Below, piece after piece: positions 40,476 to 54,765 of a stretch of DNA of 64,000 bases. Position 1 is the stretch's first letter, and each line of letters starts with the position of its first letter. Below the pieces are notes generated by a model that ran no database searches, had not been told where the DNA came from, and worked only from the letters and a program-made list of their open reading frames with translations. A program made the position numbers and the translations under genes. Origin of the DNA: Octopus vulgaris (lineage: Eukaryota); the NCBI GenBank assembly GCA_951406725.2, contig OX597825.1:28706001-28770000 (forward strand), written 5' to 3'.

Positions 40476-41052
40476 CATACATACATACATATATACATAT
40501 ATAGATACATTTATACAAATACATATTTGCATACATACTTGTATGTTTATAAATATATATATGCATATATACATATATATGTATATACACATGTACTTAT
40601 TTATATATGTGTATATGAATATATGTATGTAGGTATATGTGTGTGTATGTATGTATGTATGTATGTATGTATGTATGTATGTATATATGTATGTATGTGT
40701 AATTTTTTGTTTGTTTAGCTGTCTTAATGACTCAGAGGTGGAAGTCTCCCTACAATGGAATTACTGTTTGACATGCAATCCCATTGAATGGTTTTCTATT
40801 TAGTGTTTTCTTTCTTTCTTTTCTTCTTTCTTCCTTCCTTTCTTTCTTTTTGTTTTCTCTCTTACTTTGTATTTTCATTTCTCGAATCGATCTGCAAGGT
40901 TTCTATAGTTAGAGGGAGTGCCGAGAGTAATCAATGTAAACTCCAAACCATAACTCACAACTCAATTCTACACCACACCTCATCACACACAGTTACACGC
41001 AGACACACTACACGCATTCTACGCAAGTATGTTTGAAATATGTATGCTAGAA

Positions 41053-42012
<960 letters not shown>

Positions 42013-42105
42013 AAGACGATACAAAAAATACGGATGGGACATTCGAAGCCTTCAATCTTCAGTCAAGAACCGGATCATCCTCGCAATTTCGGCTATGTAT
42101 GTATA

Positions 42106-42138
<33 letters not shown>

Positions 42139-42567
42139 ATATGCATTTATAATTATTTGTAAGTATATGCATATTTACGTATGTGCAGATATGTATGTAT
42201 AACATATACGCAAATGAGTTGCCTGTATGTGGGGCTATGCCTCTGTTTATGTACGTAGTTACAGTGTGCATTTGTGTATTTGTGCGTGCGTGCGTCTTTT
42301 GTATACCATGCCATTGTTTACATAGATATGTATATCCATGATATAAGATGAATAACTTTTTACTAAATACACCAACGGACACACAAACACACGATATACG
42401 CACATACATGTTCATTAAATAGCAGTGCTTTATATGTGAGTAGATATATATATATATATGTATGTATGTATGTAAGTATGTATGTATGTATGTATGTATG
42501 TATGTATGTATGTATGTATGTATGTATGTATGTATGTGTGTCTGTGTGTTTGTATATATATATAATC

Positions 42568-42973
42568 GGAGGTGCAATGGCCAGTGGTTAGGGCAGCGGA
42601 CTCGCGGTCATAGGATCGCGGTTTCGATTCCCAGACCGGGCGTTGTGAGTGTTTATTGAGCGAAAACACCTAAAGCTCCACGAACCTCCGGCAGGGATGG
42701 TGGTGATCCCTGCTGTACTCTTTCACCACAACTTTCTCTCACTCTTACTTCCTGTTTCTATTGTACCTATTTCTGTATTCCTGTTGTACTTGTTTCTGTA
42801 TTCCAAAGAGCCGGCCTTGTCACTCTCTGTGTCACGCTGAATATCCCCGAGAACTACGTTAAGGGTACACGTGTCTGTGGAATGCTCAGCCACTTGCAGG
42901 TTAATTCCACGAGCAAGCTGTTCCGTTGATCGTATCAGCTGGGACCCTCATCGTCGTAACCGACGGAGTGCTC
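42568..42973 (+). mobile_element. SINE family C (tRNA head, RTE-type tail)
   Basis: TGGCCAGTGGTTAG A-box, GTTTCGATTCCC B-box, tail TCATCGTCGTAACCGACGGAGTGC; second copy at 43440. Confidence 0.9.
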
Positions 42974-43439
42974 CTTCTTCTATATATAATCATTTAATTA
43001 TATGTGTATGTGTACTAGATCACTTCGTAATCGGTTCACTTTGTAACGTTCCGAATTGGCGTCTGTTACCATACCATCGGCTTGACTCAGGCTTAAAAAG
43101 TGAAGCTGGCTACATAAACACGGTTTGGAAGTCCGCCAGATATTATACATATGAATATAAATTGCAATCCTTATTATCCAGTGTGTCTTATTGTGAATCT
43201 GACTGCAAATATCTTAAAGGAGTGTGAATGGTTGCGGAATACTCAGCCAGATACCGAGAAATTCATTCTGTAGGTTGTTTTCAGCTTGTCAAGCAATTAG
43301 AATACACGTTATCAAATCTGACAAAAGCGTTTATATTCATCATTTGTTATGTATGTATGTATGTATGTATGTATGTATGTATGTATGTATGTATGTATGT
43401 ATGTATGTATGTTCGTATGTACGTATTATGTATGTATAT

Positions 43440-43810
43440 GGAGGCGCAATGGCCCAATGGTTAGGGCGGCTGTCTCGCGGTTGTAGGATCGCGGTTTCGA
43501 TTCCCAGACCAGGCGTTGTGAGTGTTTATTGTGCGAAAACACCTAAAGCTCCACGAACCTCCGGCAGGGGGTGGTGGCGAACCCTGCTGTTCTCTTTCAC
43601 CCCAAAATTCTCTCCCTCTTTCTTTCTGTTTCTGCTGTACCAGTATTTCAAAGGGCCAGCCTTGTCACACTCCGTGTCACGCTGAATCTTCCGGAGAACT
43701 ACGTTAATGGTACACGTGTCTGTGGAGTGCTCATCCACTTGCAAGTTAATTTCACGAGTACGCTGTTCCGTTGATCGATTGGAACACTCGTCGTAACCGA
43801 CGGAGTGCCA
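43440..43810 (+). mobile_element. SINE family C
   Basis: Collinear with 42568-42973. Confidence 0.9.
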
Positions 43811-43823
43811 ATAATATACATAC

Positions 43824-43928
<105 letters not shown>

Positions 43929-44098
43929 CCATGGATTATTACAAAATATCTTACCATGGATTTATATTATTTTTTCAAAACTTTTAGCCCAAGTTTATAC
44001 CGATACACATTTATACCAATAACTTTTTAAACAACACCGTTATCATACGATTTTAAATAGCATCTATTTCATTTGATTAAACTATACGGAAATTCATC

Positions 44099-44193
44099 TT
44101 TTTCTCTGATGAGTGTATGTACTACCTAATAATGATTATTAATTTTGGATTTCATTTCGACAGGTCATACATTCATGAAACGATCGTAAAATA
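44099..44193 (+). ncRNA. Hammerhead motif (stem I decayed) in an AT-rich insert at ~43928-44315
   Basis: CTGATGA (44106-12), GTGTATGTA..TACATTCAT stem II, GAAA (44177-80), CGATCG, TA; same palindromic stem III as at 22092. Confidence 0.65.
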
Positions 44194-44493
44194 TCTCAAA
44201 ACTTTTTAAATAAAGATAGTTTATATACTTTTTTATTAATACGATATTATTTGTATTATGGACATATATCTTCTGTGATTTTTTTGATGTAATTTTTCCT
44301 GCTTTTACATTCTAGTACACACACACACAGACAAATATATATGTGAATGTATACCAAACAGTACATATAAATAAGATAAAACAAAAAGCAAGAAATGTGC
44401 AAAAGACTTTCATAAGTTTCATGTTTTTAGATAAACGCTCAAGGAGGAACAAAAATGCTAAAAATTATACCGTTTGAATATAGTCCTTCATAT

Positions 44494-44751
44494 ATACACT
44501 AAATGCGCCCTTTTAAAGCCTAGCCAGGCTCATGGGCCCAGTTTCCCGGTTTCTATGGCGTATGTGTTCCCCAGCTAGACGGGACGCCAGTCCATCGCAG
44601 CGTTACTCATTTTTGCCAGCTGAGTGGACTGGAGCAACATGAAATGAAGTGTTTTGCTCAAGGACACAACGCGTCGCCCGGTCCAGGGATCGAAACCACA
44701 ATCTTACAATCATGATGCTGATGCCCTAACCACTAAACCACGCACCTCCTC
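44494..44751 (-). mobile_element. SINE family D with a 12-bp TSD
   Basis: AGTCCTTCATAT at 44482-44493 and 44752-44763; tRNA-like head on the minus strand (GTGGTTAGGG..GTTTCGATCCC). Confidence 0.85.
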
Positions 44752-44859
44752 AGTCCTTCATATGCTCGAAAAATATCCATTAAAAAGCGAGGAAGAGAAG
44801 AAAAGAGATCAACATAACGAGCAGGAGTAAATTCAAGGACGTTAGATGTTGGATCTCTG

Positions 44860-45530
44860 TTGGGTGTGGACAAAAGTAAAGCCGCTAGGTTGGCTAGTCA
44901 CGTATGGGTTTTGAAATCTAAAGCCACACTACATACAGTCAAGTGGAAAATAGTTGGAAAGTCCACACCATATGCCAACGGATCAAAAATTTGTAAACTA
45001 TGCGTAGCTGAACGATCACAGATCCTTTGCAGGTCTAAGGATTCCACTGCACTGCTGAATTCCACATCATAAATTTTCAGCGGATTTAACTATTTGGATA
45101 AGTTCCTGTTGGCGAATTGTAAAATACCCCACTCTCTGGATTGAACAGCTGTACTACTGATTATGAAGCCCCTATCCATTCAGCCTTATTATGAATTCAT
45201 GATCATAGGGGACATAATTCTAGGTCTCATCGTTTTTTCTTTTTCCTTTTCCTTTCGTTTTCCGGTGTTTTCCACTTTCCACCTTTTACATCTATTTGCT
45301 TCTCGCTTTTTCTCTTATTTTCTTTTATTTAATTGTTCCATTTTGGCTTGTTATGCCATGTAGACATCGCCTGGGGCTTTCATGAAAAAACCAGGGTTGT
45401 TATAAAATGCTGTCTGAGTCATTTCCATCACATGAAACTCTTAGTAGCTAATAAAAATATATCCTGTGTTTATTAAAGAATATTTATCTCTCACCAGATG
45501 GAGTGCTTTTTTGTTGATTTAGCTTCACAG
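44860..45530 (+). mobile_element. Penelope-like element 3' fragment: GIY-YIG endonuclease C-terminus plus 3' non-coding region
   Basis: LASHVWVLK..VKWKIV..PYANGSKICKLCVAER..LLNSTS*IFS..KFLLAN matches the LSxxxWxLK/W/CxLC/LLNxRxE pattern I associate with Naiad-type PLEs; residual HHR 3' box GAAACTCTTAGTA at ~45434. Confidence 0.75.
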
Positions 45531-45534
45531 TATG

Positions 45535-45612
<78 letters not shown>

Positions 45613-45628
45613 TAATATATATATATAC

Positions 45629-45663
<35 letters not shown>

Positions 45664-46703
45664 TCCCAGACACACTATTAATGCGACTCAATCACCAGCA
45701 CTGACTCCTTTTAACCTTTCATGAGAACGTTTTAAAATCCTTATAGGTATTTATTTATGTGTATTAGTGTGTTTGTTTGTGTCTATTTGTGTGTGTGTGT
45801 GTGTGTGAATTTGTGTATGTGTGTCTGTGTGTGGTATTTGTGTCTATTTGCTTTATTCTTTCCCTACATCATATCATGTCTTCGTGTAATATATTTCTGG
45901 ACCACAATGGATGCTTCAATATGTTGTAATTCATCACATGGCGTGCAGCATGATTAACTAGACAAGTGGCACTCTCCCCATTGTCCGTTTACGTCTATGA
46001 ATTATTATTGGGGTCGATTGTGGACTCGATTACAACGTGATGTTTGCTGTTTATCTGCAGTGTACATTCCAGTATATGGCTTGGTAGTTATTTGCTATTA
46101 ATATCCCAGTTATTTCTCTTAGGATGTCTCTCTTTTTCTTCCGGTATTTGTCTAAACCCAGTGGTAGGCAGTGACATAAAGCTTTTAAAATGTTGTAGTA
46201 CCTGGGGGTTAATAAATGTATATATGTCTGGAAGCCGATAGTTTTTCGTATAATGACAAGGACTGTAGGGGTTAAAGTGTGCTGAGGTACAGAAAATATA
46301 ATCCTTTTAATATAAAGATGTTCTTATATTTTTATATTTTTATTTTTGCTGATTATATTTGTCTAAATGGCAAACGAACATTTTCCTAAAGGCCTAAATT
46401 TTTTTAGGGGAGGTAGGGTCTAATCGATTACATTAACCCCACTGCTCAATTGATACTTATTTCATCGACGACGAAAGGATGAAAGGCAAAGTCCACCTTG
46501 GCGGAATTTGAACTCTGAACATCCAGCATGCATTCGATTCTGCCAACTCGTAACCTTTAAGTGGTGTACGAATGCTTGTCTGTACAACGTGGGGTGATGA
46601 GGACAGTGTAGACTGTTTTGGTATAGTGGTAGTTTATTATGGTTTACTGTAGGTGGTTTGGGGTTTCTATTCAGGGTTTGCATCACATTTTAGCTTTCTA
46701 ATC

Positions 46704-46911
46704 CAATGGTTCTCAAACATTTTTGTAACTGTAAACCTCTTTGATTTCTGTTTTACACTACTGGACTCTCATAATCATTTGATGTTTATAAAAAATCTGA
46801 TATATTTTTGTAATTAAATATTATTGAAGATTGTATGAAAAGATTAGTTAAATATTTCGTGTATTGTAGTAGTATGACTAATTTATTTCACATAAATGTT
46901 AACAACCGTTG
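46704..46911. mobile_element. hAT (Charlie-like) MITE
   Basis: Ends CAATGGTTCTCAAAC / GTTAACAACCGTTG; 8-bp flanks TTCTAATC / GTCTAATG (6/8 identical). Confidence 0.6.
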
Positions 46912-46918
46912 GTCTAAT

Positions 46919-47452
46919 GGAAGTCTGTCGGGGTTCGACGATGAAGTTAGTGACGCTGGAGGTGGGAGCGTAGCCCAAAGGCGGACGTGCAGATGCGGCC
47001 ACATGTTGGGCACATAACAGCAAAAGTAGAGTTAGGGATCCTCTCTTTTCGAGCATGTCGCTTCTGGTCCAGGCTCTTGAGGTGCTTTCCCTCGAACAGC
47101 TTAACACCCTTTTGGACAGCTGAACGCTTGGCGCCACGGTCAGAGGCAAGAGATTCCACAGGCCTCAAGGGAAGTATTCAGGCTGTCCTTGTACTCCTCA
47201 GTGGCCCTCCAGGGTTTCTTGCTCCAAAAGCCAGATCAAAGAAGAAGATCATCTTTGGTAGACGCGCATCGTCCAATCGGACTACATGTCCAACCCACCG
47301 GAGCTGGACCTTCATGATGAGGGCTTCGATCCGGGGCATTTAGGCTCAGTGAAGCACCTCATTGTTGGAGACTATGTCCTCCCAGGAAATTCCCATGACT
47401 GGTCGCAAGCAGCGGTGGTGGAACTGGTCAAGTAGTCGCATCTGCCTCCTAT
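46919..47452 (-). mobile_element. RTE-BovB LINE 3' fragment
   Basis: LDQFHHRCLR..ISWEDIVSNNEVL..QLRWVGHVVRLDDARLPK..CPTCGRICTSAFGLRSHLQRH*, then tail TCATCGTCGAACCCCGAC. Confidence 0.9.
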
Positions 47453-47821
47453 ACTGATCTAATGCATTGTTTATACAAGATAATCCTTGGAGGAGTAATT
47501 CTCATATAATCGCAGTACATTCATCTTTTAATCAGGAGTTAATTCAGGGGCCTTGTCCCTCCACAGAGCCTACAGGACTGGAGGCAGGGAGAGAGAAATT
47601 TAGCCTCAAGCCTTGTTTGATTACTTGGAACAGAGGGGACTCCGTCAAAGTTTTCATGTGGAGGTGCTCAACCGGGTGACAAATTAAAATCTTCACTTAA
47701 GCTGGCTATAGTGGGATTTGTACTCAGAACGCAAACGAGCAGAGCAAATACACAAGACATCCTGTTCGACATTTGCACAATATCGACAATTCTCTGCTCA
47801 GGATTTATTATTCATCTGCTA

Positions 47822-48030
47822 TCTTTTATTTGCTTCAGTCATTTGATAGCGACCATGTTGGGGCACCGCCTTGAAACATTTTTAGTCGAGTGAATAGACC
47901 GCAGTAATTATATTTAACGAACCGTTGAGTCATAGGGACGTAAACCAAACAACACCGGTTGTTAAGCAGTGGTGGGGAACAAACACAGACACAAAGACAC
48001 AACACACATACGTACAAACACACATACACA

Positions 48031-48065
<35 letters not shown>

Positions 48066-48212
48066 GACGAGCTTCCTTCAGTTTCCCTCTACCAAATCCA
48101 CTCATAAGGCCCGGATAGGCTCGGAGCAACAGCAGAAGTCAGTTGTCTAAAGCGCCACGCATTGGGACTGAACCCGGAACCATGTGGATGGGAAACACAC
48201 TTCTTACCGCTA
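47822..48212 (-). mobile_element. Diverged SINE family A copy
   Basis: Head, internal (TA)n and tail are recognisable. Confidence 0.75.
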
Positions 48213-49054
48213 AAGCCCATTCGACCTCAAAATGGTGAAATTTGAACTCAGAACTCAGAATACACTGTAACGTATTTATATCGTTCATAACAGTGGCCAA
48301 CATTCATGCATGTTACACGCAGTGGGTGACACATATCAACATTCTCAGCATCGTTATAGACTCATGTATCAATGTAGGAAGTACCCTCCTGCAAAATTTA
48401 GGTAAGACTAACTTACAGACAACAATATAAAGAAGATAATATACAGAAGACAAATAATGACGTCACTAGGTAGAGATCTTATCGCCTTATTATTTTCACT
48501 TTTTTTCTGTTTTATCTCCTCGAATGTTTTCTTTTCTCTGTTAATTCCACATCACCTCACTCATGAACTTTCCTTTATTGAAAACAATTACATCATTTAT
48601 CATGTTTTTTATTTATCCTTTTATAATATTATCTTTGCTCCCCTCCTCCCCTCTCTCTCTGTCTCTCTCTCTTACTTTCTTTGATCTTTCTTTCATTCTA
48701 ATAATTAAGTAATAAATAATATAATAATTATTATTATTTATATCACAATTAGTCGTTGCTCTTTATAAACAATTGATGTATTTTGTATGTTCTTTCAACT
48801 TGTAATTATTGGTGTGTTATCAGTAGCATCAACTGATAAAATAGTGTTATATATTCACTAACACAGCTACCGCAAGCACTATCAAACTACCACCACCATC
48901 ACCACCAATAACAAAAACAACAACAACTCTGCTACCACCACTGACAAAACCAACACCACCATCAACAACATTATTAACACCACTATTATGATCACTTATA
49001 AAAGTAACACCACTACCACCAATATTCATCCTCCTACCACCACCACTACCATTT

Positions 49055-49305
49055 TTAAAATGTTGAAATCTCATTAGGAGTGACGTCACAGTGGCAATGA
49101 TCTGGGAATAATTTGAAGATTTCAGTTCATTTAAAGTGTTGAAATCACGTTTCAACTGATGACACAATGGTAAAAATCTCTGTATTTTTGAAGATTACAT
49201 ACAGTTCTTAGAAATTGTTGAAATCTTTTTGCAAAGCACATCACACTGGTAAAGATATTAGAAACTTTTTGAAGATTTTAGTTGGTTTAAATTAATGAAA
49301 TCTAA
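49055..49305. repeat. Degenerate ~77-bp tandem repeat, about 3.3 units
   Basis: TGTTGAAATC at 49061, 49137 and 49216 (ATGAAATC at 49295), each followed by CACANTGG and TTTGAAGATT at similar offsets. Confidence 0.7.
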
Positions 49306-49424
49306 TTATTGATACCTCTGTCGACTTCAGATTATTGCTTCTAATATTTATAACCCGTAAAGAAACTCTAAAATATATTTTCTGTGACAAAAATTTAAGA
49401 TTTAGTGTCATATTTATGATTTTT

Positions 49425-49722
49425 TATGCGCCCTTTTCAAGCCTAGCCAGGCTCATGGGCCCGGTCTCCCGGTTTCTATGGCGTATGTGTTGCCCCTAGC
49501 TGGACGTGACGCCAGTCCATCGCAGCGTTACTCAACAGGTAGAGAGAGTGAGAGAAAATTGGGGCAAAAGAGTACAACTGGGGTCGCCACCACCCCCTGC
49601 CGGAGCCTCGGAGAGCTTTAGGTGTTTTCTCTCAATAAACACAAACAACGCCCGGTCTGGGAATCGAAACCACGATCCTCCGATCGCGAGTCCGCTGCCC
49701 TAACCACTGGGCCATTGTGCCT
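49425..49722 (-). mobile_element. Chimeric SINE: family C head joined to family D tail
   Basis: 49535-49722 matches the C head (reverse complement); 49425-49534 matches 44503-44609. Confidence 0.8.
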
Positions 49723-50486
49723 CTACCTTATTTATAATTACTCTGTATTAAATATTGAGTTCTATGTTAATATTCTGTTCTGTTTCTCTCTCTTGTTTTT
49801 TTCGGTTTTTCTTTGTTTTTTTTCTTTCATCAAAATTTCTATCCATCCTCCATACTCAGGTTATCAAAATTGATTCGATTGGTCAACTTGAGTTAGTCCC
49901 CTCAGCTCATTTTGCGTGTGTAAACGCACAGACATATACACAAGTCACACCCATACACAAAAATGCACACACAAATATATACTTGCTTATACCTAAACAG
50001 ACATGTATTTAAACTTAAAATGAAGTAGAATCACCCAAGAATTTCGAGCTATTTGCTATTGTGATGTCATCTATAACGAAATTTCAGTGAACGGAATTCT
50101 TCAAAATATTCCAATATCTTTGCTTCTATGGTGTCTTTTGAAATATCATTTGTGAACTCATAATTTTAAGCGAGGAAAGATTTTTCAGCTTTATTTTATA
50201 GCATACGGTATTTTGATGTCTCTATTCACTCACACTCTCTTTCAAACTCACACAAACACACACACGCATACACAGAATTAAAGAAAGTAGATAATAGAGA
50301 CTCAATTACTTTCCATGAAGCAAACATCATCGCGAAACTACTAAATACATAATTCACATTAAATTAATAGATTTAGGATAATGTATATATGTCAAATGTG
50401 AATAGGAAATGGAAGAATCATGAGTATACAGTGCAAAATAAAGAAATCTTATGATGCTTAGTCTAGTATATAATAACATTTCTACG

Positions 50487-51625
50487 CTATCACCTGTATC
50501 ACTTGTATCGAGCAGACGGTCAGATGATGTAATACATTACTGATCATAATATGCGTTTCTTTACCATCTTGGAAAATCATTTTCGCACCGTCGTGGAGCC
50601 CTTCCGATTGGCGTCTTCTGATCTTGCGGACACCACTCGACAACTGCATGGGTTTACCTGTTTGGCCCGGCAGAACTTGGGCTTTTGGTATTTCACGATT
50701 ACATCGTTCACTTTATCCTCTCTCGAGTTACCTCATTTCGGTTATGCTCTCCTAATGATATTCCTAGCATGGATCTTTCCATGTCAATCGATGTAGTCAA
50801 TCCGTAGTCAATCGATGTTCTTCTCTCTTTGTAGGAACCCATACCTCATTTGCGTATAAGATCACAAGCAAGTCGGAGTCATTGAGGACCCTGGCGCGTA
50901 AGGTCTTGCGCAGCTTCGCTTTGGGCAGATATTTTATCGAGTAAGCACATTTCCTCTTGCCCCTTTTCTTTTAGAGATTTCAGCATGTCTCGATGCACAT
51001 TTTCTGTGTGCACCAATTATACGTACTCTTTTAGGTTTTCGATTTCCTCGCTTCCCACTCCAATTCGGCCGCGTGATACGTTTTCGCACTACATGTGGGT
51101 CATTTAAAGGCCCAGTATTGAGCTAAGGGGTGGGGTTCGGTTTTATCAGCATATTTTGCAATTGAATTGTAGCTTCAAGGATGAACACGATGTCATCTGC
51201 AAATCGGAAATGTGTTAGTAGTTCGCCGTTGATGCTCATGCCTCCTCTTCAGCCAATGCGGTGGAGAGCTTTGGAGAGATGGTTTCACTGTGTGACGTTC
51301 TTCTCAATTGAAACACAATTGGCAATAGCAGAGCTATATCTGTGATGCATTCGGAATTCTCATCTCTGAGCAGTTTGGTGTATTAAGCCTCATCGCCTTG
51401 CATTTCCATAGACGTCTGCACAGCATTCACTTCGACGCTATCAAAAACCTTTTCGTAGTTGATGAAAGCGATGCACAGAACAGGTTTCTATTCTTTCGTT
51501 CCTTCTATAAGCTGCGTTAGAGTGAACATGTGACTCATCGTATTGTAGTTCTTACAGAGAACTGTTTGCTCCTCGGCTGCTGGTTGTCGAGATGTTTCGA
51601 TAGTCTGTCTTGTCTCTACAAGCAG
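50487..51625 (-). pseudogene. Decayed RTE-clade LINE (RT to 3' end)
   Basis: Minus: HMFTLTQLIEG..AFINYEKVFDSV..GGMSINGELLTHFRFADDIV; tail GATACAAGTGATACAGGTGATA. Confidence 0.85.
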
Positions 51626-52932
51626 TAGTTTATATATGTTTACAAATATACTCACTCGCACACATACATACATAGTATATGCATAGATACATATATGCAT
51701 AGATACATAATTGCATGCATAAGGTAACAGAAGAGAGTGTGTTTGTGCGTGAGTGCTGCATATGTGTCTCAATATATAGACATTTATGTACGTGTATGAC
51801 GTACTGTTTAAGTAAACCACTTCCTGAATTTGATCATACAGCATTTCTATTTGATTTTGAATCCCCTTTTTGTTGATATTATCACATTTGGTAATGTTTA
51901 CAACGGTTGGTGATTGAGCGCCTACACACACGCCGCCTGTTGGCATATATTACAACAAATCATCGAAATTGTTTTAGTTTCCGTTCGAAAATTATGAGTA
52001 GCTTTTACAAGTTTTTTGGGAGATTATATAACTTCATGAATTCAGCCCTCGACAGCAATCTGTTTCCACTAGAGATTACGTCAGGCTGCTACATAAGCTC
52101 CATAAGATGATCTCTCATCTCTCATCTCTCATTTCTCAAACTTCATTCTTTCTCACATAGAGATTAATATCTCTGCTAGAACTGAGTCGCAATTTACAGA
52201 CAGCGTTACATAAGACATTACATTTTCTCTCTCACATTGCAATAAATCTGCCTTCCAACGCCTCTATTACTCAAACTGCTTTCTTTCTCAGATAGTAATA
52301 AATCTGACTCCCAACACCTCTGTCATTCACATCAGACCGTGTAATGATATCCATCAAACCATTGCTAAAGACCTACTCTTCAACTTGTGGCAATAAGGCT
52401 TTTCTATACTACTGCGATCATTACTACTGCATCATTACAACCACAACTGCGTGAGCTTACAAATTACAGATATTTCCTGTCACAAACGTACACCCCTTCA
52501 GAAAAGCAAATTCTTTCTTTTGCTGTTGTAAATCAATCAGGGCCGTTGTGTTCGATAAACACTCTTTGTAACAAATTATGAAAATAATATATTGTTGAGT
52601 TACGCTACAGTGATTTCTTCACGCTCAATTCTTCTTAATACCGTTAATTATTAATATCAATTAGTTTCTGTCTCTATTTCAGAATAACTATCTGTGAGAG
52701 CGTACATACATACATACGTACATACATACATATATATCTATGTGTGTGTGTGATCATTAATATATGCACCCCACCACAGACACCTTGCGCCCCCCCCACA
52801 CACACAATAGTCTTGGGCCAACAGGTTTTTGGAATCTGACGATACACCATACAGCTAAACCCTTTATGGACGGGAAACCTCAGGTAATCTCATAAACCAC
52901 CCTTCCCCTTGTTTGGTATATATATATATATA

Positions 52933-53133
52933 TATTTCTTTACTGCCCACCAGGGGCTAAAGACAGAGGGGACAAGCAAGGGCAGACAAACGGATGAAGT
53001 CGATTACATCGACCCCAGTGCGTAACTGGTACTAAAGTCGACCTCGGCGGAATTTGAACTCAGAACGTAGCGACAGACGAAATACAGCTACGCATTTTGC
53101 CCGGCGTGCTAACGTTTCTGCCAGCTCGCCGCC
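52933..53133 (-). mobile_element. SINE family B, type-2 tail, internal deletion, flanked by TA-rich microsatellite
   Basis: Head and tail intact; a central segment is missing. Confidence 0.85.
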
Positions 53134-53135
53134 TA

Positions 53136-53242
<107 letters not shown>

Positions 53243-53409
53243 GATGTGTGTGTGTGTGTTTGTAGTTAGGGTATTCTGATCCACCGGTATTAAATTGTAT
53301 TGGCAGTAACAGTTTACCGATGTCATTTCTTCAACACCTCAAATCAATCTCACGTCTTGCAATATAAGCATCCATTGACGATTGTCTTGGTTTCCTTATA
53401 ATCATCATA

Positions 53410-53818
53410 GGACGAAGCATGACTGTGTGGTAAGAAGGTTACTTCCCAACCACATAGTTTCGGGTTCAGTTCCACTACGTGACACCTTGTGCAAGTGTCT
53501 TCTATTATAGCCTCGGGCCAACCAAAGCCTTGTGAGTAGATTTGGTAGAGGGAAACTGAAAGAAGCGTGTCGTATATATGTATATATATATGTATGTATG
53601 TGTGTGTATATATATGTTTGTGTGTCTGTGTTTGTCCCCCCAACATCGCTTGACAACCGATGCTGGTGTGTTTACGTCCCCGTAACTTAGCGGTTCGGCA
53701 AAAGAGACCGATTCAATAAGTACTAGGCTTCCAAAGAATAAGTCCTGGTATCGATTTGCTGGACTAAAGGCGGTGCTCCAGCATGGCCGCAGTCAAATAA
53801 CTGAAACAAGTAAAGAGA
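53410..53818 (+). mobile_element. SINE family A
   Basis: Family sequence. Confidence 0.85.
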
Positions 53819-53895
53819 GATCAAAATTGTCTTTTACCGCTAAACCTAATTGGTATTTAAGCAATGTGTTCATGGATAGTTGATGGGTTGGATGT

Positions 53896-53940
53896 AGTGC
53901 TGATGAGAAAGCAATAACTCCCGAAATATGCAAATACACT
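53896..53940 (+). ncRNA. Hammerhead motif, decayed
   Basis: AGTG-CTGATGA-GAAAG caataa CTCCC-GAAA-TATGCAAA-TA-CACT; stem III is one change from the palindrome TTTGCAAA; stem II 3/5 paired. Confidence 0.55.
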
Positions 53941-54692
53941 CATTAGCTACTTCTCTTATCGTCGATCGCATTAGTGTGCTTTTTTTCCGGTAGAATATTC
54001 TCAATAATTATTCTGCTATTAAATGTTTCTAGATTAAGTATTTTCTTCTGTAGCAAAGGAGTTTTTAATTAGGAGTCTTATTACACAAGAACGGAACTTT
54101 CGCAAGTGCACATTTTACATTCGGTTACCTATACATATTGACGTATATGCGAGCCATCAAGTGTGCATAGAGAAAACTGTGTTAATTTACCATTATTTAC
54201 TATTAGAATTAATTTCCAATACCAGATTACCGACTTCAAAATCTCCTGAGCATTTTTTTTTCTTATTGTATATCATCAATGATACTGGGCGATTGAGAAC
54301 TACAATCAAAAGAATTCTCACAGTGAAAAATCACGTCTTTCATATATAGTTTATCTGAGATTACAATGTCCAATACGAGACGGATTATTTTTAAAGATGG
54401 TGGGGTAGAATTTGGTGAAGATATGCTTGGCGTATAAAGAAAGCAAGACAAATTCACGTAATCTCACACTCTCTCTTAGCCTCACTGTCTCTCACTATTT
54501 CAGTGAAACGTTAATCGACTTAGGAAAGCTATTGTTCCAAACTAAAAAACAAACAAAAAATAAAGAGATATGGAAAAGTTTAAATAAAACATAGCTAACA
54601 CCTGAACACGGTCGAATCTCTACTGTGAATTGATTGGAAGAAATATCCATTCTACAAACGTATATACAATACAAAATACATACGTGCATACG

Positions 54693-54765
<73 letters not shown>

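Noticed and set aside
46040-46300. Minus-strand LREITGILIANNY as a PLE thumb motif
   Set aside because: A single short motif with no collinear support.
49055-49305. Box-and-spacer periodicity as a CRISPR-like array
   Set aside because: Eukaryotic context, conserved boxes of only 8-10 bp, spacers related to each other and no cas genes.
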